Shown one piece after another: positions 57,045-64,000 of a stretch of DNA of 64,000 nt (positions are counted from its first letter, which is position 1; each line of letters starts with the position of its first letter). Source of the stretch: Diplonema japonicum (lineage: Eukaryota > Protista > Euglenozoa: Diplonemea); contig OZ025701.1 of the NCBI GenBank assembly GCA_964019335.1, positions 310,001 to 374,000 of the forward strand, read 5' to 3'. A program made the position numbers and the translations under genes. The notes below the pieces were generated by a model. The model saw nothing but the letters and a program-made list of their open reading frames with translations. It was not told the origin of the DNA and ran no database searches.

Positions 57045-57683
57045 CTAAAGCCTGGTCATCACAAGGACCCAGTTGTCCTTTTCTTGCTCGAAAGACTCGA
57101 GCTTGACGGGGAGTTCAGAGACGATGTCAAAGAGCTCAGCTTTCTCGAAGAGGTGGTGGTACCGTGCGAGAGGGGCGCCGGTGGTGCGCCGCCATTCGAT
57201 CATGATATCGTTGGCCGGCATGTCTTGGACCGGAAGGGCACCCTGATGGATCAAGTCGCGCACTTCAGAGGAGCGGACGTAGAGGAGGATGGATCCACCT
57301 GGCTTTGTTATTCTAGCTAGTTCGGAAACAGCAGCCTTTCGCCGTGAAGGTGTGGCCAAGTGGTGCACCACTGCGATGCTCATTGAGTGGTCATGGGACT
57401 CGTTTCGAAAAGGCAGTTGTGTCGCACAGCAGCGTACCACGTCGCATCCCTTCACAAACAGTAGCAGCTCTCTGCTTGTGTCACTCCCCACCCCGACCAC
57501 ACCTTCAGGAAGCCCGCTGAAGTTCCTCCCGTTCCCACACCCTACCTCTCCAACGATTTCTCCCGCCACACGCCGGCTCAACCACTCCCGTGCCATCCTC
57601 CAAGGGTGCCTTCTCGTGTTGTCCCACTCGCTTGCTATTTTATCATACACATGTTGCAATTCTTTTTCTATTTCTATTTCCAT
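57045..57683 (-). CDS. Trm9/ALKBH8-like tRNA wobble-uridine SAM methyltransferase
   Basis: HVYDKIASEWDNTR..PW, EVGCGNG, SIAVVHHLAT..RR..AVSELAR..KPGG and RYHHLFEKAEL. Confidence 0.85.
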   Translation of the reverse strand: MEIEIEKELQHVYDKIASEWDNTRRHPWRMAREWLSRRVAGEIVGEVGCGNGRNFSGLPEGVVGVGSDTSRELLLFVKGCDVVRCCATQLPFRNESHDHSMSIAVVHHLATPSRRKAAVSELARITKPGGSILLYVRSSEVRDLIHQGALPVQDMPANDIMIEWRRTTGAPLARYHHLFEKAELFDIVSELPVKLESFEQEKDNWVLVMTRL

Positions 57684-57884
57684 TTTTTTTTTTCTTTTGG
57701 TTTTTCTCCCCCGTCCTGAGTCGTTGGTTGAATTTTGTGAACAGCCGGCAAAAGAAAAAAAAAAATATAAATATTGTTACTTCTGTGTTTATTACTTCAC
57801 TAGGAGAGAGGGGGAGATACAGGGACAAAAAAAAAAAAAAGAGAGAGGGGGATATCTAATCACGTGCCAAAGATTGGAGAAGGC

Positions 57885-59744
57885 TCACTTCAAAACTGTT
57901 TTTTTTTTATTTTTGTTTTTTTTTCCTTCCCTTCCCCTCTTTTTTTTTTTTTTTTTTTCAAACCTTTGTTGTGTCATGTTGTCATCGTAGTCCTGTGGGT
58001 AGGAGAGCTCTATGTCACGGGTGTCACGGGTGACGCGCAGCTGATGTGCGAGAGAAGACTTGATTTGAGCTGCGATGCGGAGCTCTGCGTGCAGTTGTTC
58101 ACAAGAGGCTTTGTATCGTTCACTAGAAGCTTCAGCGAGGTCTTTTTCCGTTTCTAGACTGTGGCATTTTTGCCGCATAGTTTCTACCTCGCACTCTAGC
58201 CTTTTGAGCCTCCCTTCTGCGGCCCTTCGAATCTCTTTTACGACCTCTGTCTTCCTCCCCAGCTCTTCCCGTAGTGTGTCCATCTCATCCCCTTTCGCAC
58301 TTTCCGTTTCTACGCTTACTTGGTACTCCACTGCTTCATTAAGCTCCTCAATCTTCGCCTCTGACACATCCAGTGCCTCCCGGTACCTTGACAGTTCGTC
58401 CTGTTTTTTTTTTTTTTTTTTTTTTTTTTTTCTCTTTGTTCTTTCTTTGATACCTTCAAAGCGCCGATCTCCTCATTGGCCTTTGCCCTGTTGTGTTTTT
58501 CAATGATGCGAAGCCCTTCCTCTGCTTTGATCTGTTTTTCCTTCGCGACCTTTACCTGCCAGGTATTTTGTTGGTTGGGGCAGAACAATGATATATACCT
58601 CATGTTGCCACGAAGAGCTTTGCGACCGCAAAGCGTTGTTCTCCTCCAATGTTTGTTGGTGCCGAGCCTGCTGTTCCCTGTGAGAGTCAAGCTCCGCTGT
58701 TAGATGTGTGATGAGCTCGGGGTGGCTGTACAAAATGTCTGCAGCAGGACAGGGCGTGGTGAGGGCCTTGAGGAGGTGGCTGTGAGAGGTTTGCAGGCAG
58801 TTTTCGTGAGACTTAAGTTGCGACTTGAGGGACGTGATTGTCGCTTCTAAAGTTGCCTCCTTTTGCAAAGATGCTTTCTTAAGCGACGTATTCTCTGCTT
58901 GCAGATCTGCCAGTTCTGCATCTTTTTTATCGCAGGCTTTGGTCACGCTCTGCAGCTCGCCTTGCACCCTCCCCAGCTCCTTTCTGATGTACCCGTTGTA
59001 CGTCTGGTCAGACTTGTTGGCTTCATTCTCCTCTTTCAGTTCGGAGAGTTTTACCTGCAATGCCAGTACTCTCTCCTTCTCCTTTCGTGTCATCATCGAT
59101 TTTTGGTTTCGCCGTGCGTCGAGTTCTACCATCACAGCCTTTAGCCGTTCCTTGTTGCTCGTCTGCGCTTCTTTCAACGATCGAATTTCGATATCTTTCA
59201 GTGCAATAACCTTCTCCCCTGCAGCGGCAGCTTCCTTTGTCTCCAGGATCTCTCTCGTGGTCCGGTTCAACTGTTCCTTGAGATATGCTATTTCAGCTCC
59301 ACACCTGTCCAGCAAGGGCGAGACTGCTGGTGATGCAGCGTAGCCTTGCGATGGGGTCTTTGATCCCATCCTTACATACTCCACATTAGAGTCCATGTTT
59401 GGTGTGTACAGATAATCGTCTCTTCTAGGAGCAGAAGGCTTCGGGATGGGGGAGCTATTCATTGAGGGTGGCGATGGGACGGACACCCCTTCCCAGTTGG
59501 TGTGCTTCTTCTCAGAAGGCGGGGAGGGTGGAGATGCAGGAGGGGACATGGTACTGCTGATGCTTCTCCGCCGTGCACTTTCATATACAAGCTGGCCCTC
59601 CAGCGACTCAACTCTTGCATTTAGTTTGCCTACCTCATCCTTATACCGGTCCCTCTCCTTCTCCAACACCCCATTGTCCTCCGCTAACCCTGTTAGCCGC
59701 GACAGTAGCCTGTCCAACTTGTGTGGTGCGTTATCATCACCCAT
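57885..59744 (-). CDS. Long coiled-coil protein; introns 58556-58598 and 58401-58453; 3' end approximate
   Basis: Three heptad-rich ORF segments join in frame via GTATAT..GCAG and GTATCA..ACAG introns (WQHE|VKVA; ALK|DELS). Confidence 0.7.
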
Positions 59745-59837
59745 CGGTCATCTCCCGCCCACTCCTGTGTTGTAAGTAACGGTGTTTAACTGGAGATAAG
59801 AAATCCCTACGTAAGAAATTGGGTTACCAGTGGCCGT

Positions 59838-62649
59838 TCAAAGAACCACTTGTTTTGCGTCGAGCACGAACGCATCCCATGTACTGACACGTACTTCATC
59901 TTCTGGTGTGAAGCTCTGTCTCGAGCGACACCGCGACAGCACCTTTAAATCCTCGTCGGGCGGGAGATGCTTGATCATGGCAAGGCCCCAAAGAAAGTTC
60001 GCCAGGTCCCTCCACCACACGTTTTCAATATCCGCAAGAACGGCTTTGTACAGAGGCGGGACGAGATTGGGGTATTGGTGCGTATCCGAGATAAGGCCCA
60101 GTGTGTGGAAGGTTCTGCAGATGTGTTTCACATCTAAGCTGCTGGCTTTCTTGGCAATCTTGGGCAACAGAATTGAGTAACACCCAACAAGAACCCCCCG
60201 TTCCGCCAGGTCGTTGAGTGTGTTTGGTACCACACGGCTTCTCGCAAGGTTCCATGTGAACGAGGCTGCTTGTGAGCCGGTGAAGTCTTTTCCAATATGG
60301 ACGACCCTAGCGCATAACATCACCTGCAGGCCTCGCGAGGGGAGGCCTAGCTCAGCCATGGCCTGCACCATATCGGCGAGGGAAATCGGTGTCATTGTGT
60401 CTGACATAGTCGCTGTCATAGAGCAGAGGTTGCCCATGGTGCGTGCGTTCTTCAAACGCAACCGTGACATTGCAACCAGTGCGCTTGTTACCTCTAGTGG
60501 CGCTGCCATTTTCGTTCGCATGAACTCCCGATCCTCGAAAAGCTGCACGATCTCGTCGCACAACAGCGTATGCTTCACCATCACGACGCTGTGGCTCCAC
60601 AGTATCCGAGATAGCGATTTCCCGGAAAGTTTTAAAAGCGCTTTTTCGCTTCCCGACATCATGAAGGCCTTTGAAAGCCCGAAGAGGGTATCGATCATAT
60701 CCTCCTTGTTCCACGGGCCGCGTGAGAGTGCAAGCGCCATGATGTCGATGTTTAAGGCGTTTGTGGTGCCGGAGTACTCGAGATGCTTCGAGAGGAGATT
60801 GACTATCTTCACGGCGGTCCCTGTCGCGATGGGCGAGAACGGGTGCTTGCTGATGGCATCAACGGCCATTGCAGCCGTGCTGAGGTGCAGCCTTTCAATG
60901 GCTTCTGCAGGAAGCAACTCACACAGCATGCTGGTCAAGTTCCGCGACACGTATCTCGCTTTTTGCATGGACCACAGTATGTGGACGGTGTGGTTGGGCT
61001 TCTCTGGGGTTATGTCTAGTGCACCAGCAACCATTCTCTTCTCAATGGCCTCAAACGGCAAGGCCAGCTCTGATTCAGCAAGTCCCTCGGGCATTGCTAT
61101 CGCCAGCGAATGCACGAAGTTCGTAACGATGAAGGGCGGCACCAACTTGTCCTGGTCCTCAAGGCCGGTGCAGAATATTTCGATCATAGCAATCGCCAGG
61201 TCGCTGCACAAAAGCGACTCCCTCGCGTAGGCGTACACGATGTAACTAGCCTGCCGCAAACCCAGTTTGTCTAGCTTCGGCATGATATACTGGTTTTTGA
61301 TCGGTTCGAAATAACTCACAGCGGATCGAACTGTCGCTGTTTCTTCATCATCACCAAGGGTGTTATCTTGTTCGTCTGTTTGTGTTTTGTGAGGTGTCAT
61401 GTCGCGGTAGCCCAACCCATCTTTGACCCGAGCCTGATTATGTTACCCTCCCCCAAACTTTTTCTTTCTATCATACCACTGCGTAGGTCAAGGTTGCGAG
61501 GAGTTTTGGATCCGTGTCTGGATTGCTGATGAGAAGGTCCATCCACTTGGTGACGGTGTCGATCTGCCCGGCTTGGGTCATGTTGAGGAGGAACCGCCAT
61601 TGCCACTCGTGTTTCTCAAGGAGACGGGTGCAGTGGGCTTCAGTGAGGCTCAGCTCCCCGACAGCTTCTAGAACTTCTTTGACCGGAGTTTCATCGATGG
61701 GCTCATTCTCTGCACCCCACTTCTTACTGACAGCGACGGATAAGTACGAAACCCTCACAAGGTCCTGCGTATCGAGCATATGTAGCAGCGGGCCGTCGGA
61801 GTCAAGGACGTACCTTGCGAGGCATTCGAGGACATCTCTCAGCGGGACGCGGCCGAGCTCAGCGGCCTTCGAAAACGCAGAAATCACCCTTGCGACTTGC
61901 TTCACCTCTAAGCCCTTCCGCCGAACCGCTGCATCCTCCGTAGTATCGTCAGCCAGTAGGTACTTGTCACGCAGCTTCGGAAGCAGCTCATCCATCACAT
62001 GGACAGCGATGTTGTCGTAGAGTCCTTCGGGTGTAAGCCGTGCTTGTGCAAAGCTAAACAGCATGTTCGAACACTGTTTCAACGACAATTTTGCGTACGA
62101 CTCGGGTTCCGCAAGCTTTTCACCCACTTGGTTCATGAACTGGACCTTTGCGAATGACAAAGGTACCTGTCCTCGGATGTCTCTTTCCACGTAGGAGTGC
62201 ACCCCGAATACCCAGAGTAGGAGCGCGTAGGCAACCGGGCCTTCCAGCTCATGGATGCGCTGCTCGAAGATTGGGATAATATGGTCGCAGAGATCGATAA
62301 TCTTCTCACTTGCCTCCTGACTCAGCTCGGGGTCCCTGTACTGCAGCAGGTGCCACACGTGGAAGCTGTCTACGTCCACCCGGGACAGATTTTCAACCAC
62401 CACGTTCACTGTATGGTTTATTAATGGCAGAGGAACCTTGTGCCAATTCCCAATGCTGCGTGTCACAAGCCCTAGCGCATTGAGCTCCGCCAGTCCTATA
62501 GTTCTCAGAGGCACGAGTTTCTCTTCAATAATCTGCCTGTATAACCCCTGCATTTCATAAAGCACCATTCCTTTGTTGCCCCGCAACGCATCTGCCGCAA
62601 GCTGCAGCGCCCTCCGCCTCACCTGCCCTGCAGTCCTTACTGGCTGCAT
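59838..62649 (-). CDS. Helical-repeat (OPR/HPR/FAST-like) protein, possibly mitochondrial RNA-binding; intron 61434-61476
   Basis: The 392-aa and 525-aa ORFs join in frame (TYAV|ARVK). Repeated motifs SNMLFSFAQA, LSRILWSHS, LADMVQAMAELG, AASFTWNLARS and LANFLWGLAMI. Arg-rich N-terminus. Confidence 0.6.
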
Positions 62650-62742
62650 TGTAGCATCGGTTACCTCTGGGTGGGGGGGGGGTGAAAAAGGATAATGAGA
62701 TTGTTAGCGAAATATTAAACTACATGCGCTACCTCCCAATAT

Positions 62743-64000
62743 TCACAAGTACTTGTGTAACTCAGAAAGCATGTTGGTGACGTGAGTCCGACGGGCTGCC
62801 TTTTCCCGCCTCTTGTTTTGGACATAAATCTGTTTGTTTTTTTTCTTCTTTCTTCTTCTTCTTCTCCTACATACCAAGCATTTAGCCTTAGCTCCACTGG
62901 GTTTGGCTGTGGAGGTGTCATGATCGGAGGTCACGGGGTCTGCGCTGTCAAAGCCGACCTTGTGCATTGAGTTGCGGGATTTTGACTTTTGGAGCTTGCC
63001 CGTTCGCTGTGAGGTGGAGAGGACGGTGGACTTTACAGGAGCGGAGAAGATCTTTGCTTGGAGGACCTCTTCGTCATGAAGGTCTCTGAAGAAGCAAGTG
63101 TTGAGGAGGGAGTATGTGTGGTCAAGCCCCGCGTATGCCGACAAGGCCCTGCCAAGTGCGGGGTATGCCGAAGACACAATGGCGGGCAGCGGCACTGGGT
63201 AGCACCCCTCCGTACCTATGATCAACGCACCGTCGGAAAACTGTTCAATAGATTTCGGCGGCGATGTCTCGCCCTTAAGAGGTATCACAGACGTGACTTC
63301 CCCCGACTTCACATCATAGACCCCAACCGACGAGCCAAGCGACGGCGCGAAGAGCAAAAACGGTGCTATTTTGCAAAAATACATCGTCTTGCAAGTGGGC
63401 ACGCCAAGTATTTCCCCAATTGCAATCTTTTTGATCATATCCCCCGGCTCCACCGTGCTTTCCCCCCCCGTACTGGTTTCAATGATGCCGGACCCGTCGG
63501 GTTTGACCTGTTTCACGATGCCGTCGGCCGTTCTGTCACCTATTTTTATTGTTTCTTTGCAGAAATCGTGTATGTAGATGGTCGATGTCTCCGCTGTACG
63601 AAACCCCCACGAGGTAGCTAGGTATGTCCGCGACCATATTGCGATGGAGTAGCATTCCAACACGTTTTTCTCAGATGGCTTCCGCGAGGCCCGCCGATAG
63701 TCCACGGCCGTTGTGAGGAGGACCTCGCGGGTGGTCAGATCGAAAATTTGAACGGTGCCTCCTTGGCAGGCCACGGCAAGCACCTCATTCTGCATGGCCA
63801 CCGCGTTGATTACGCAATGGAACCCGAGGCACTTTACACCTGGGTTTGGTTCGGGTATATTCTTTTGCTGTTTTGGCGGTTCGTCCTGCGCGACAACCTT
63901 CCCCGGTTTGCTCATCTTCCGTGGAGGCTGCTCTGGTTTCTTCGGAGACAGGACCTTCACATCTTCCACCAGAACGTCGATGCGATGCAGCGGAACACAC
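62743..64000 (-). CDS. WD40-like repeat protein, 5' end beyond the window; probable in-frame intron 62830-62874
   Basis: INAVAM..LAVACQGGTVQIFDL, SVGVYDVKSG. The frame stays open to the window edge. Confidence 0.6.
   Translation of the reverse strand, partial: CVPLHRIDVLVEDVKVLSPKKPEQPPRKMSKPGKVVAQDEPPKQQKNIPEPNPGVKCLGFHCVINAVAMQNEVLAVACQGGTVQIFDLTTREVLLTTAVDYRRASRKPSEKNVLECYSIAIWSRTYLATSWGFRTAETSTIYIHDFCKETIKIGDRTADGIVKQVKPDGSGIIETSTGGESTVEPGDMIKKIAIGEILGVPTCKTMYFCKIAPFLLFAPSLGSSVGVYDVKSGEVTSVIPLKGETSPPKSIEQFSDGALIIGTEGCYPVPLPAIVSSAYPALGRALSAYAGLDHTYSLLNTCFFRDLHDEEVLQAKIFSAPVKSTVLSTSQRTGKLQKSKSRNSMHKVGFDSADPVTSDHDTSTAKPSGAKAKCLVCRRRRRRKKKKNKQIYVQNKRREKAARRTHVTNMLSELHKYL

Noticed and set aside
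1-64000. tRNA, rRNA, SL-RNA genes, CRISPR arrays or a non-standard genetic code
   Set aside because: None recognised by eye, and long ORFs translate cleanly with the standard code. A tRNAscan/Infernal run would be needed to exclude small RNAs formally.

Overview
Eukaryotic protist nuclear DNA, most likely a diplonemid-type euglenozoan. This is an inference from a DUF1935-type calpain, a strictly unidirectional gene cluster and many short GT-AG introns. I reconstruct 18 host genes, all on the minus strand; several stop-to-ATG spacers are only about 95 nt, and the A/C-rich introns are mostly 34-82 nt. Recognisable genes are SEH1, SEC5/EXOC2, a PP2C, a Trm9-like methyltransferase, a pseudo-calpain and a SHIP-like pseudo-5-phosphatase. 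Unusual architectures include a sulfotransferase fused to a PAPS-type transporter, a Ro60-like vWA+UVR+F-box+UBA protein, LOTUS-like+ankyrin+villin headpiece, and multi-TM+TRAF zinc-finger array+PDZ. Mobile DNA comprises a Sola-like DDE element inside an intron, a 1-kb hAT derivative, and two sequence-unrelated elements at 20.3-22.2 kb. Those two share an inverted-repeat pair plus a long terminal palindrome whose GNA loop and tandem GA mismatches fold on one strand only; one carries a frameshifted tyrosine-recombinase (Crypton-like) fragment. That pair is the most novel-looking system here. Many non-coding tracts contain long homopolymers that probably partly reflect assembly or consensus error, and there is a 200-N gap at 30885-31084.
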